In this document: positions 24,501 to 38,700 of the stretch, piece by piece
How the letters are laid out: each line of letters begins with the position of its first letter
Numbering within the stretch: the stretch's first letter is position 1
Origin: Auanema rhodensis
Taxonomy: Eukaryota > Animalia > Nematoda
DNA: 64,000 nt
Direction: 5' to 3'
NCBI GenBank assembly: GCA_964057225.1
Contig: OZ059900.1
Coordinates: forward strand, 6,696,001 to 6,760,000
Program-made: the position numbers and the translations under genes
The notes under the pieces: model-generated
What the model saw: only the letters and a program-made list of their open reading frames with translations
The model's database searches: none
What the model was told of the DNA's origin: nothing

Positions 24501-27500
24501 TGAAATATGGGCACTAGCTTGTGAGAATATGACCGTTTATATAGAAATATATTATTATAATATGATATAGACATTGATATATCTATTTTCGTATATTTTT
24601 TTCAATATAAATTCGGCTCTTCAGAATTTGTTCTTCTAACTCAGCAAGCCTTGCTCCCTGTTTATTTCTCCATTCATAAATATGCTAGCACATTTACAGT
24701 GTCAATGGAAATGGCATTGATTATATCTTAATAGCTTGAACTATGACCCACACATCTATCATCGCATACAAACTATCTTGCTTATAGCACTGGAGCAATG
24801 TTGACTGACATTATTGACTATGCAGGCCATACGTTGACCCTCATAGAAACATTTGATCAGAATAGAAGGACGAAGGAGCAACAGGCAAGGCAGCAATCAT
24901 TGACCTACATTGATGATGGCAAAGTTTGATAGCATATGATAGAACGAAAAGGCTGAGATAGAATGAGAGTTAGAAAATTGCGCATAAGTATAGATGATCG
25001 TTACGATGACGCCAATGATGCAAGAAATCCGAATAAGATAATGAAAGTGACCACATATATGATATGAGAAATTAGATTGAGCAAAGAAGATTATCCGACT
25101 CGGTCAAAAGATTATAGCAAAGGATAACGGGTATTTTAAATGATCAAATATCGTTTGTTACTAACTAACGCCGACTAATTGAGGCAATATTTGGATGAAA
25201 TCGATTAAAAGATTTGGTATAATTCTGTTTTTGCTATTAGAGAAAGACTATAAATATATACATATATGCATAGTTATAGTGATGTGATATTTGTATAGAA
25301 ATAATAGATATGAAGAGCAGATATGATATATTGATTTGAAAAAAATTCTTTTTTTTTCTCGCAACTATACGACTTGAATAAATGAGTGGAATGAAGAAAA
25401 ATATTTCTACTTCCGCTAAGCGAGGCAAAAGAACAATTGAATTTTGAGAATAGAGCTATAATTTTGAAAAATGCGATAAAAATTTTAATTTTGTTTATAT
25501 AAATAGAACTTTAGTTTTTTCTGCTTATAAACGAAAAATAAAGGTATTTAAAATATTACAGAAGCAGTTTGATAAATATAGAAAAACTGGATGTTTTGCT
25601 TAATCAATTTAAATAGGCTCGTGAATTATGAATACAATTTCTTTTAAGCAATGAGAACTAGTTGTCGCTAAATGATAGCTGAGCAAAATAACTACTAGTG
25701 AAAGAAAAAGTCTCGCTTTCATAAACAATAACTTGGCAGTTTATCCAGAATTTTAATTAAAATGAGTTTTTGAAAACTAATTGTATTGGTTTGACAACGA
25801 TCAATGGTCTTATTGGAATCTTTAGCCTGAACCACAAATATAAATAAGATAAACTATTGTTTTTGTAATTTTAATTATTGACTTTGAAAATAGATAAAAG
25901 AAATTTCAGATATTCAATTAAATTATATTTGCTCTCAGAGAATTATTTTTAGTTAACCAGTACCTTCATCATGTTTTCTTCTTTATTCCCAGTAAGCATT
26001 AATTAATGCTGCTTTCAGTTTCATCATTCGAAATTTGAAATAAATATAGGTATGAAAAGAAATTGAGTGGCAAACAAGATTTACAGAAAACACTGAATTG
26101 TGTTTGAAAAATCACGAGCTTGAAGGAAAATGTTTTTTGAACAAGGAATTAAGAGTGATTATGCATTAGAAATGGGCGTAGTCAATAAATTTTTATGCTT
26201 CTTAATGATGATAGTTTCAGCCATTTTTTGTATATGTGTCACAATTAAACTGGAAGAAACCTTTTTTTCTCGTTTTTTTTCTACTTGCCATCATTAATTT
26301 GTTCAGTTATAATCATCATCAATAGCGGGTTAAATGTGAATGTAAGAGTATATGCGTGTCGAAAATAGAGGAAGATTCGAAAATCAGGTCATTACTTTTC
26401 GAGAACAATCTGGTCTAGTTTCAAGGATTTTGAACAAATGTCCTTGAACATACTTCCCCATTTACGTGTTGGTCAAGCAGATTTAAAAAAAGGAGCAAGC
26501 GTTTGTCGCAAAATGGGATTTTTCTACTCTTCAATGCACACGTGTACATACACAGCTGCAAGAGAGGAAGTGTTACATCAAGCGAGTAGAAATAGTACTC
26601 TTAATTAAAGATTAATTGTTTCAGAAAAAAGATCGTGATTTAAACATTTTGAAAGAAGAACTTTCAATACTAATAGCCAATTATATTATAAAAAATAAGA
26701 GACTAGTGTTCAACTCCTTGAAGCATGGGTAATAAGAGAGTAACTATCAACTATGCTTTCATGTTAGAAGAAATGTTCAGGCTTTTCTTGAATAATGAAG
26801 TAATATATGTTATATTTTTAAACTTTTGCGAACTTTTTCAGTGCCATTGACTTTCTACTGTACAGGTAATGAATTTCGAGAATAAAGTTTTCACACTTGA
26901 ATAAAGAAAATTTGTAATATGAAAACAAGAAAAAACACTTCTAATAATGTTTAATGTTTGTCAAGATTAAAATTTTTTACGACATTTTCTAGTAAAAAAT
27001 CTGATATGGAGCTGATAAGACGCTGAAAACTTAGTTGAAACGAGACAGGGTGTAATTCTTGTTATAGTAGGTTAAATTAAAAACATAGAAACCATGTTTT
27101 CAAGAGATTTACATTTTAATTGAAAAAAGCGTTAGCAGTTTCAATTTGTTATTGACGCTACATTACTAAACAATAGAAACTGAATAGTAGGTTAGGACGT
27201 TCATACTAAATATAATTAATAAGTGATAATTCAGCCCTAATTCAGCTTTGAGCAACACTATTATTCTCTCAGTTAAGACTAAATGAAAAAAGCTGTTTCT
27301 ATCTCACAGAAGACACAAGACCACACACAGAGACGCATTGTAAACATTCATGTTTTTTATCATTTCATCTCACTGAGAAGCATTCAGTCAGCTTATACAT
27401 ATTTCTACTCATTTATGATCGTTTATAATTTGTATTCTTTTATTTTATCATTTGTTATCACTTTTCTGGAATACTATTTTAGTTATATATACGTGAAAAA

Positions 27501-27557
27501 TCACATTTTGTGTTATAGTGACCCGATAAAAAACTCTGTTTGAATTGTGGAAAATAT

Positions 27558-27680
27558 CCACGCGTCGCGGTCGCGCGCGCGTCAAACTGCAAAGCCAATG
27601 GCGGGCGGAGGCGTGTCTTCCAACAACCAATAATAAATACACACGGCTCAGATCGATCTATCGGACCATTAGTCTATCAT
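27558..27680 (+). promoter_or_regulatory. pdi-2 proximal promoter (CpG-rich patch, two CCAAT, GC box, TATA-like, initiator-like)
   Basis: CCACGCGTCGCGGTCGCGCGCGCG, CCAAT-GGC-GGGCGG, CCAAT-AATAAATA, then AGTCTATCATT just before ATG 27697. Stands out sharply against the AT-rich background. Confidence 0.6.
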
Positions 27681-27696
27681 TCCTGGTTGAACCGTG

Positions 27697-29753
27697 ATGA
27701 GGATCGCCTGTCTTGTTCTTTTGGCTGTCGGAGCCTTTGCCGCTACCGTTGAAGAGGAAGAGAACGTCATCGTTCTTACCAAGGTAAACCTTAATTTAAA
27801 TTTGCCGCCATTAGACCTTTAACATGGATACCCAATGATTATAATGCAGTATGTATATATTAGCTTTGGTCCATGGTTTTGTCATTGTTTCACTTTTGGT
27901 TTTATTCTTTATGAGAGCTTATATATTTGTCATATGCTAATTTCTGGTGTTTTAGGATAACTTCGATGAAGTAATCAATGGTCATGAGTTTGTTCTTGCC
28001 GAATTCTACGCTCCATGGTGCGGACACTGCAAGGTAACTTTTGTTTGTATTGTATTGTTGACTTTGTGCCATTTTGTATAGGCTCTTGCCCCAGAGTACG
28101 CTAAGGCTGCCACCCAATTGAAGGAAGAAGGATCTACAATCAAGCTCGCTAAGTTAGATGCCACCATTCACGGTGATGTTTCCAGCAAGTTCGAGGTATA
28201 ACTACATATGTTAGTACACGTGTACTAACTTCTTGGTTTAAGATCCGTGGATACCCAACCCTCAAGCTTTTCCGCAACGGAAAGCCATCCGAATACACCG
28301 GAGGACGTGACTCTGCTTCCATCATTGGATGGCTCAAGAAGAAGACCGGACCAGTTGCCAAGACCCTCAAGACCGAGTCTGATGTTAAGGATCTCCAGGA
28401 ATCTGCTGATGTTGTCATCATTGGATACTTCAAGGTGTGTTTTAATATTTTCTCCTTTCCGTTGTCCAAAATCAGTAACAACTGAATTAGTTACAATTAA
28501 GTGACGTGTTTCACATGAACCTTATTTTATGTGGCATATTTGAACAAATTGTAGATAAGATAGTAGTCGCCAACGTTAAATAAGTTTATCACACAAAAAC
28601 ACGAATGCTAAAAGCTTCTTTGCCCTTATCTAATACTTTGTGAACATTTTATTTTAAGGACTTGGAATCTTCCGATGCTAAGCTTTTCCTCGAGGTTGCT
28701 GCCAGCTTCGACGACATTCCATTCGGAATTTCTTCTGAATCTGCTGCTAAGGATGAGCTTAACTTGAAGAAGGACGGAATCGTTCTCCTCAAGAAATTCG
28801 ATGATGGACGTGCCGTCTACGAAGAGTCTGCTGTTTCTGTCGAGAGCCTCAAGACCTGGATCCAAGCCAACCGTCTCCCACTTGTTTCTGAATTCACCCA
28901 AGAGACTGCCTCTGTTATCTTCGGTGGAGAAATCAAGAACCACAACCTTTTGTTCATTTCCAAGGAATCCGCTGAGTTCGAGAAGCTCGATGGTGAATTC
29001 AAGAATGCCGCTAAGGAATTCAAGGGACGTGTTCTCTTCGTCTACATTAACACTGATGTCGAAGACAACGCCAGAATCATGGAATTCTTCGGACTCAAGA
29101 AGGACGACCTTCCAGCCATCCGTCTTATCTCCCTCGAGGAAGATATGTCCAAGTTCAAGCCAGATTTCGATGAGATCACTACCGAAAACATCATCAAGTT
29201 CACCCAATCTTACCTCGATGGACAATTGAAGCCACACCTTATGTCTGAAGATATCCCAGAGGATTGGGACAAGAGCCCTGTCAAGACCCTCGTCGGAAAG
29301 AACTTCGACTCCGTAAGTTTTTAAAAACTAAAACGTATAGTTCATTAAAATTTCTAGGTTGCCCGTGACCAATCTAAGAACGTCCTTGTTGAGTTCTACG
29401 CTCCATGGTGCGGACACTGCAAGCAACTTGTTCCAACCTGGGACAAGCTTGGAGAGAAGTATGCTGATCACGAAAACATCGTTATCGCCAAGATGGACTC
29501 CACTGCCAACGAGGTAAATATTTATAATCTGAAGCTTCAGTATATGTTATTCTTATAGATCGAAGACGTCAAGATCCAATCTTTCCCAACCATCAAGTTC
29601 TTCCCAGCTGGATCCAACAAGGTCATTGATTACACCGGAGACAGAACCCTCGAAGGATTCGTTAAGTTCCTCGAGACCAACGGAAAGGACGGAGCTGGAC
29701 AATCCGATGATGATAAGGCTTCCGAGGAAGGAGAGGGCCACACTGAGCTCTAA
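27697..29753 (+). CDS. pdi-2: Protein disulfide isomerase / prolyl 4-hydroxylase beta subunit
   Basis: Signal peptide [15 protein letters not shown], two [11 protein letters not shown] thioredoxin active sites, b/b' domains (ORF 28662-29324) and C-terminal ER retention signal HTEL*. Strong highly-expressed codon bias (AAG, TTC, GGA, CCA). Confidence 0.96.
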
Positions 29754-32726
29754 ATCCCTATCTCTGTTATTATCACCAATCTTTCCTGTGAATTTTCTCT
29801 CACAATTGTTTGCCTTTGCTATAATCTTACCTTATTGTTTTTGAACTCTGATTGATGTTGATTGGAGGATGATAAGCTAATAAGTTATTTGTTGTAAAAT
29901 CTCATTTGATCGTGTCAACATACATTGGGTTTCTTTTAATGTTTACAGATGTATTCGCTACTTATTTGCTAATGTGATAGGGTATCGGATAAATTATTAT
30001 TGTGAACACATTTGCATTTAAGTATCTAGTAAATCTTTATCATTTCTATTTTTTGTCTTGTTTGTTTGGTAGACTACAAAGAATCACACAACATTCACTA
30101 GAATATAAACAACGGAAACAATCAGGTTCAGTCAGGTTACAATCAGTTTATCTAAAGACATTGAAACTCCATAATCTCAAAATGTTTGTTTCACAATACT
30201 ATAGTTTCTCATAGTTCCGCGGGTGTCAGAAATACCTCCGATTTTGAATGTAGTTTACTGTTGTTTTTGTAAGTGCATGGGAATGACCAGAAACTGAATA
30301 TTACATTTGATTTCTATTGTAACTTTCGTTAATGTCTCATTTTTCAATTGCAACTTTCAATTTCAACTTGCTACTAGTATTGCCAGTTCAATAGTTTGCC
30401 TACGTAGACCCTCCGCATCATAATTTTACAGTGCAGTTGCAGTTTTCCTAACAGTTTTTTTATGATTGTTTGCTGTATAATATAAAGTTTTCAGAGATAA
30501 ACCTTTGACACCTTAAAGGCTGTACCTTTTTATTTTGATTTTATCAGCGTTCATTGACTTCTTAGCAAAAAGAAGGACGTTCATCCTTCTCGAATCGTCT
30601 TTGATACTTACAGGACGGATATTCGCACGCACAATTTTCTTTAGTTTTTGCTGTCAATCAAATAACAATCTCCTAACATCTCTACGAAGGAATAGCGTGA
30701 TTTCAAGTTTAACTTCAAGCGTTTTGAATATATTCAACTGCCTCTCAACATTAGCATTGAATAAATATTATATTTGGTTGCTATAGTGACAATATACTTC
30801 CAACCAATTTCAATAGCATGAGGTATACTTTGGATTCCAAACACAAGATATTGAAATCTAAGTCGGTATTCTTATTTTTCAGTAAATTGAAAAGGTGTTC
30901 ACTCAATTATTACATCTCTTACTATTTTTATTCCCATAGCTGTCAGCTATTAAATACCGGATATTTGAGTTAGATCCTCAGTAAGTTCAAGCTGTCACTG
31001 TTTATACACACATACACACATATTTTCATTCATATATTCTTACTATAAACACGGCCTCCATAGCCTCATAAACAAACGTATAGCTATGCACACATTTATG
31101 TGCACATATATCCAAGGGTAGCCAGAACAGCATCTTTATTCAAATGGCCTTGATCCGATCTAGCCATGTTTCGGAATTAGAAGATTGAAAAATAGTTTGC
31201 AAGGTCAATGACGCCGATGTTCTGACCGCAGGAAAAGGCCGCGCCATCAATTACTGGACGTCTTTCAAATTTCTCGTATAATGCTGTATTGACGACCCTC
31301 GAACTAATGACCTCTCACTCCTTCTCACAAATAGGACAAATTTCTTCCAGCCACGACACCAAATAAGGTAGTTTAAAGAAAACGGATGAAAGAGGGGTTT
31401 ACACGGTTTAGAATAGGGACTGGCTTATACTTAACAAACAACTGCAACTAACAGATTGAGCACTTAAATAATATGTTTCTGAAATTAAAATTTGTTTTCT
31501 TTGAAGAATACACTTACTACAGTAGATCATTTGATTTTTAGTGAAGTAGGATGAATAATTGAATCCAGGTAACAAGGTTAACGTTCTCTGATTTTTTTTT
31601 CTTCAAGTAGAAATAAATATAGTTTTTGATACTAAATTAATATGAATAGTTGACACAAAGCAAAATTTAATGTTAATAATAGGTTAATTAAGTATTTGTC
31701 ATAGCCACAAATAAAATAGATATATGCTATTATCACAGCTGCTTAAACTGTTGATTTAGAACAATTGATGCCATCACGTATCAACAAATGTCAAATAAAG
31801 GAAGCTTAACATACAAAGATATATACTATATGTATAATTAATATAATATCCCCAAAAGAGAGTTCACTACTCTGCAATAAACCAACAATAATTAATAAAA
31901 TAAAAGAAAGAAACTAAATAGCATCAAAGACTGGAATACGTCGAACCACCATTCATAATAAATACATTAACACATATTTTCTACATGTTTTATATAAATC
32001 GATAAAAAATATCATTTATTATTGATTGTGTAGAATATTCATACTCTGTAGTTAATCAATAATTGTTTTCTACTATAAATCAGACAAAATATTAATAAAT
32101 TATAAATATTCATTTGTGATATGTCGATACACGCACAAATACAAATCAGGAGCAATAAATTGAGTTGTCCACTAATAGTGGTGAAACGACAAATTGCCAA
32201 TCAAATAAACAGTGAAACAGTGTATATATTATTTAGATTATTTTGAATTTCTTAAGAAAATAAATGTATGTTTTTCTCTGATAAAGTAATATTTATCTGT
32301 TACCGTATCACAGTACATGAATTAATCACAACATGATTCCTGAAAAGATACGCAAAAAGAACTGAAGATAAAAGATTTGTGAAGAAGAAAAAAAAACGAA
32401 AACAATCTAACAACTTCGGTAACTGAAGAAGAGAACAATGTGACGAACTTGATTAATCCAATTAGAAAATATGTATTTTAATAGAGATAGAGTAGAAAAC
32501 AAGAGAAAAAATGGGAGATGAATTATATTAAAAACTTTGAAGAGAAAAAACCTCTTAAAAAAGACAACAAACATATAAAATTATATGATCAAGGCTGAAT
32601 CGTGTAGTTGCATAATTGGCAAATGCAATAAATTGAATAAAGAAAAAAACAAATGACACTTGGGCAAATCGTAGTGATGAAATGGACTAAATATTATCCG
32701 ATAATATCTAAGATAATGGCTAGCTA

Positions 32727-35700
32727 TTAGATAGTTCCCCGTCGAGACAAAAGACGTTCCAATAACCGTTTTTGACTTTCAGGACTGAGCTCAGAAATTT
32801 GGCTGCAAGAAAAATAAAATTAAGATTCAGTTTGTTAATAACATACCGTTCTAATGTGCTTTCACGCACGTCTCTGATTTTTTCAAAGAAACTAACTCCT
32901 TGTATATATTTCTCAACAACTCTAATTTGTTGGCGTGGATTGAGCTTGGTTGAGCCAGCCTGATATTCTTCTAGCTGTCGGAGAATCCATTCGTACGCTT
33001 CGTTACGAGTAACATTGTCTGAGGCATTAAGATATCTGAAAATGAGGTAATTTATATAATATCCAGTTTATTTCAGTTAGTTACTTTTCAGCAAGTTGAA
33101 TCTTGGCCATTTCAAGTTGGAAAATTTCGATAAACATATTTCTAGATGATCGAAGGTTGGTGACATGTTGAACAGCCTTTTTGATGTGCATACGCTCGGC
33201 ACGATCGTGGAGATCAGCAAACTCAACAGACACATTGCGGTAGATCTTTTCAAGTTCGGTTGCTCTCTTCTTGAGCAGACCAGAGAGACGATTAGCTTCA
33301 GATGATTCAATACCGTTCTTCTAAAAAGAAATAGAGATTCAATGAATGTTCACACTTTCAAAAACTTACTTTGATCTCATCTGATAACTGAGAGTCTAGT
33401 TGCATCATAATTTCATCATTTCTCTTCTGAAGAGCGAATAGCTTCTCTTTGCGGAACTTGATGCCAACTATGGCATTTGGTTCAAGAATTCCTCCTCGAG
33501 ATTCTTGATCAGCAACCATATGAATGATTCCAGGATTGATCTGACTGTCCAAGACAGCCCAAGCTCCACCGCGAAGTTCTCCTTGATGAGGAATATAGAC
33601 GATGACTGGTTGACGATATTGACGAAGAGCATCTACAATCTGGGCTCCAAACTTCAAAACCATATCGAACATATCTAAGAAATAATTAGTTATAATTTAA
33701 ACAATCTTTAAAATAACTCACCTTTTTGGCCACCAGAGAATCCACGAAGTGAAGCGATGAAGAGAAGTGGAAGGTTTTCACGATTAAAGTCTCCAATAAC
33801 TTCGGCGGTTTTGTAAGCGGAATCAGGATACCAGACTTGACCGGCTTGATGAACTTCAACTTCCTGACTGTTAAGGCAAGCAGGGTCGGCAGGGGTCACG
33901 TTCTTCACATTACGAAGTTCAGAGGAAACAATTCCAATTGGAATACCTCCAATACGAGCACGGCCAGCTGAAATACAGAAAATTCAAAATTATAAAAGTA
34001 TAATAAACATACCAATGATGGTCTTGGCCCATTCGCTCATGATTTCATCAAATGAACCAGAATCGCAAATACCTCTAGCCGTCGAAGAGTTCTTGGAATC
34101 TATCAAGTCACGGATATCAAACGCCTTGTTAGCTTCAGTATCGAAGACAACGTCACGTGGATCACTATCCACTCCAAATGATTGATGGAATGGGAATTTG
34201 TTCTCTTGAGCTGGCAGGTAGCTCATCCACTTGACAAGCTTACAGACTCCTTCGAAGTCATCTTCCACAACGGCATGAGTAACTCCGTTCTTGTGCATGA
34301 TTTGAACTCCACCAAGCTGATTGTTAGAAGTATATACTTCTTTACCCAAGAGGGTGTTCAAAGCTGGAGCACCGGTCAAAATAAGGTGAGAAGTGCGAGA
34401 CTGAAAAATAATTATTAATAATGAAATTATAATGCACTTGCTTACTTGAACAATTCTATGAGCTAAACGAGCGGTGTAAGCTCCAATACCTACTGAACGT
34501 CCGGTGACAAAACAGTAAGTTGGAACTTCTTCATAGGATTTCGATGTTTCTCCTGCGATTAAACCAGAACCTTGCAGGTTTTCTACACCAATATGCTCAT
34601 TGGCACGTCCAACAACACTCTTGAGACGAAGAAGACCATTAGGCATCTTTTCATAAACAATTTGATCACGCAGCAATTGTTCTTCTGATCCGTCAACATA
34701 GAGATATTCAAATCCTTCAGCTGGGTTTTCAGTATCCTTGAATTTGACACGGAATGTCTTGGAAACATCTTCGGCTAGACCAATACGTGCTCCGGAGTTG
34801 CAAGACATATTGACACGAGGAAGCTTCTTTTCGCGAGAGTATTGACTAGCAAGGCTGTATACAACATCTTCGGGAAGAGCGAAAGATCCTGATTGGAATG
34901 TAATATCATTAGCAATGGCGACAATCTGGTATCCCTTGGGTTGTTCAGGTGTGAAGAGACTAGAATGACAAATTAATATAATATTAGATTCTCTAAAAAC
35001 TTACGTAAGGAGCCAAGCAACCATTCCGGATTCATTATTGCAGTTATCAGCACGATTCTTCAGCTCTTCTCTATCAGTGATATGAACAAGTTTGTTGTCC
35101 TTAACAATAAGTTCCTCCTCAATGAAGAACTTGCGGTAATCGCTATTCAAGAAAGCAGTTTTTTGTTTCTCAGAAAGTTGTTCATAACGACTGCGGAAAA
35201 GTTCATGATCCTTAACTTCGGTGCTGTTTTCAACAACTTCCTTAAGTCTCTTCCACTCTTCGAGGCAAGCTCTTCCGAAAAGAGTGGGGTAATCATACAC
35301 ATAAGTGGTTCCATTAGCTCTTGTAGAAACACGTTTCTTCTCAATCTTTTTAACGCTGGTATATTGTTCGAGACTGTTACCATAAAGCTTATGTGAAAGT
35401 CTGAGTGCTTCAATATTAGACTGAAAAAAAACTTGTTTGTAGGAAACGCAGTAAGAATTTACCTGAACTTCTTGATAAATTCCAAATTCAGGAGTTACAC
35501 CGGTTTCATCAAGGAATTTGATGCGGTGCTTCATTTGTTGTCCATTGTGAATTTGTGGTGTCACAATTTCGACTTCAGTGACACGATGCTTATAAAGAAT
35601 ATCTCTCTGTGATCTGATAGCGGTAATGTATGCTTCTTCGAGCTCAGCTTCATAGTCAGCCGTATAATTTTCAGATAGCTTAGGGAAGGCAACATAGAGG

Positions 35701-38700
35701 AAGATGTGGTTAGAAACGAAAAGAAGTCTAAAATATTGAAATAAGTCCAGCCTTATGTTATAGTAAACGTACTTATTGAACTTTCTCATTGCTACGTTGA
35801 TAGCTCCACAAGCATTATCAATATATTCGGTAATGATCTCAGTAATATCGTTATCACTGTAAGGGATTAAAGTTAGTATCACTAGAGATAAAGCGCAACA
35901 ATACCATTCTTCTGTTCTGAGTGGTACTTCAACAATTTCACGAACAAAAAGCTTAGAGAATCTTTTCTCTGACTCATCATCAAGTTTGAAAGCGTGAAGG
36001 TTTGACATTCTGTCCGATTCAAGTTTGGCAGAAGATGGAATTCTCCATAACTCCAGACGCTCGGCACCAATAACATCAATCTTAACAAGATTGAGCATAA
36101 ATCTGACGTTTTTAAAATTTCCGATACCTGCATGATAGGTTTATACTGACTACAGGCAATTACATGAGATGTAACAGGTGAAAGTATTTTCTGAATTTCC
36201 TGAGCTGATTTCTCAGCATCAGCAACCATTTTGTCATCAGCAGCAGTGAAAAATGGAAGTTCCTCAAATTGAGCTTCACGGCTTCCGTCAGTAGGAACTC
36301 TTTGGACATTTTGTTGAATAACGTTAACAAAAACAGCAAGTCGAGTCTGTTTTCCGGCATAACGTTGCTTCAAAGCATTGACCTAATGAATAATTCAATT
36401 AGTTCACATTAATAAAAAGAGATTCTTACCATTTTGTCATTAGTAACAGTTTGTTGGAATGTATCAGCTTGAGCAGAAAGGGTGAGGATGGCATAGTGCT
36501 GATCTCCACCTGCTGAATTTTTACCGTGGAACTCATAGATACGGCTATTGTCAGTAAGTTGAGAAAGTTGAATTGTTGACACAGCTGTATAACGCTGGAT
36601 GTAGGCTCTCATAACATAGTCAGCAAGCTCTTCATCAAAGAAAAACTCGTGAAGAACTTTATGCATCCAAGGACTCTTGTCAAGAATTTCCTTTGGAGAA
36701 ACATTAATTTGTTTCATCTCAAGGAACTTCTGACGGAGCTTGATAACAGCATCTTCAACAGACAGAACATCCAGGTTCTCACGTGCTGTTAAATTAATTT
36801 GGTCAATATCCCATAGTACTTTGTTCAAAAATTTGCGATATTTGGTGCGGTTATTCTTCAATAAGAGTTGACGAGCGTATTCGGAAACTTCGTCAAGATG
36901 GAACATATTACCAATATCTCGAAGACGTTCAGCAAGGAAAGCGACAAGATGCATTCCTCGTCTCTCAACAGATTGGAGAATTACAGAAATTAATTCGTTA
37001 CGACGACGAAGTTGAGTGTGTGCATAGATCATTTGAACCACTTTATCCTTGTCGTTTCCATACTAAAGTTATTCCAAAGTTGATTTTTTGAAAAATAATA
37101 CTTGACAGGGTACCTGTTCATTGAGAAGTACAACAGCGTCATCGTATTGTCGTCCTTCGAAAAATTTCTCGCATTCTTCATAATTGGCCAATAGCTCGTT
37201 CAATACATAAGCCATGTTAGAGAGAGTTCCATTCTCGTATCTAAAAAGAAATAAACCGTTCGAAAACCTCTTCCTACTGATATATTCAAACCTTTCACAG
37301 ATTTCGTATAAGCCAGCACAGACAAGTTTGGCAGTTTCCCATTCCAAAGGAGAAAGACGGCTGAAATAAACTTCCAATGTCTTTTTGATGTCGGCGAATT
37401 TCTTAATAGATTTGGCATCAGCCAACTTTTCTATTTCTGCAGAAACGTTGCGTGGTAAACGATTCAGAATCTTAGACATGGCATTCTAAAATAAGAAAAT
37501 ATCTAGAAATTATCGACATTCAGCTTGAAATACCTTAAGTTGAGCTGTAGGGAGAGTATCACTTTCCAGGAGTCCAAACAATTCATCAACATGACCCTTG
37601 GGTGTATAGAAATCAGATGGTGGCACAGATCCATTGAGAATGTTGATGCAAGTATCATAGCATAAAGCATATTGTTTGCATTCAGATGTGTAATCATCGG
37701 CATCCAATGGACTCTCCCACTCAGGGAAGCGATCCAAGAATGGTTTTGGTCTATATTTTTCCGAATCTTTCTGGTCGGTCAAACGAGCAATGATGGATCC
37801 AGGATACAGAAGATCTCCTTCTTTAGCAACATACTCAAGACGTCCGGGAGCTTTCTTGACTTCTACATTGAAGACTAGCTTCATGGACTCAACTGAAGCG
37901 TATTGAGTTCCAAGAGAGAGGTATTCTCCGTTTGCCTTCTTGTATCCAAGGAACTTTCCAGTGTATGGAGATTTTAAAATGCTGGGATCATTGTCTTTTT
38001 CAAAAACAATGAGTGAGAGTCCAATGTAAACCTATTTGAAGTGAATGTTGTTTTCTTCAATGTTATATTTGGTTTTACCTTATACTTATCAGATGTTTCC
38101 TCAAAGTTACACATGTAACTGGTCTTTCTATGTTGAACAATGGTACGCCCATCTCCAAGTAAGTGAATTTGAATCTATAAAATACTTGTTATTCTCCTTA
38201 TTATTCCGATTTAATGGTGAACCTGTGTTTTTCCTCCATTCATTGAGACGAAGTAGTTGATTGGCCCACTTCTAGTGACAGATACCTGATATATATTCAT
38301 GTCACGGACCAAATCAAAGAGAATTGTTTCAGTCAGATCTTTTGTGGGTAATACTTGTCCGCGTTCAACAGCATTCTTGAAATTATTGAATGTAGATGTG
38401 ATCTTTGCATGTCCAATAACAGCAGTACTGATCGCAATGATTTCTGAAGGTGGAAGTAGTTCCTTCTGAAATTATTTAAATTTAACTAAAATTGATTTAA
38501 ACTGGTTAACCATCATGACGTTGCTGGCAATTCTGTTATCAAGCCATTGGGTATTAAATTTGTTGTTAGTGAAGTCTGGTTCTTTAAGGAGATCAACCAA
38601 ATATGCAACTTGCATAGCGAAGGTAGCTCGTACTTCTAATTCTTTGAGAGCGACCAGCATGTTAGAAACAGCCTCATGTCTAAACAATCAATACTGTTTT

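Noticed and set aside
24798-24929. 43-aa ORF MLTDIIDYAGHT.. between TOM1-like and pdi-2
   Set aside because: No splice context or recognisable domain; length expected by chance.
27558-27614. ERSE/UPRE in the pdi-2 promoter
   Set aside because: CCAAT and CCACG are both present but not in CCAAT-N9-CCACG or ATTGG-N-CCACG arrangement; not called.
28626-29237. 203-aa antisense ORF (and 28149-28481, 29553-29741) opposite pdi-2
   Set aside because: Shadow of strong codon bias in pdi-2, which avoids TTA/CTA/TCA; no independent splice or homology evidence.
31177-31398. Minus-strand frame with in-frame TGA (31317-31315) after CPIC, suggesting selenocysteine or readthrough
   Set aside because: No start codon or acceptor in frame, no recognisable SECIS, and the TGA is not in a redox CxxU position.
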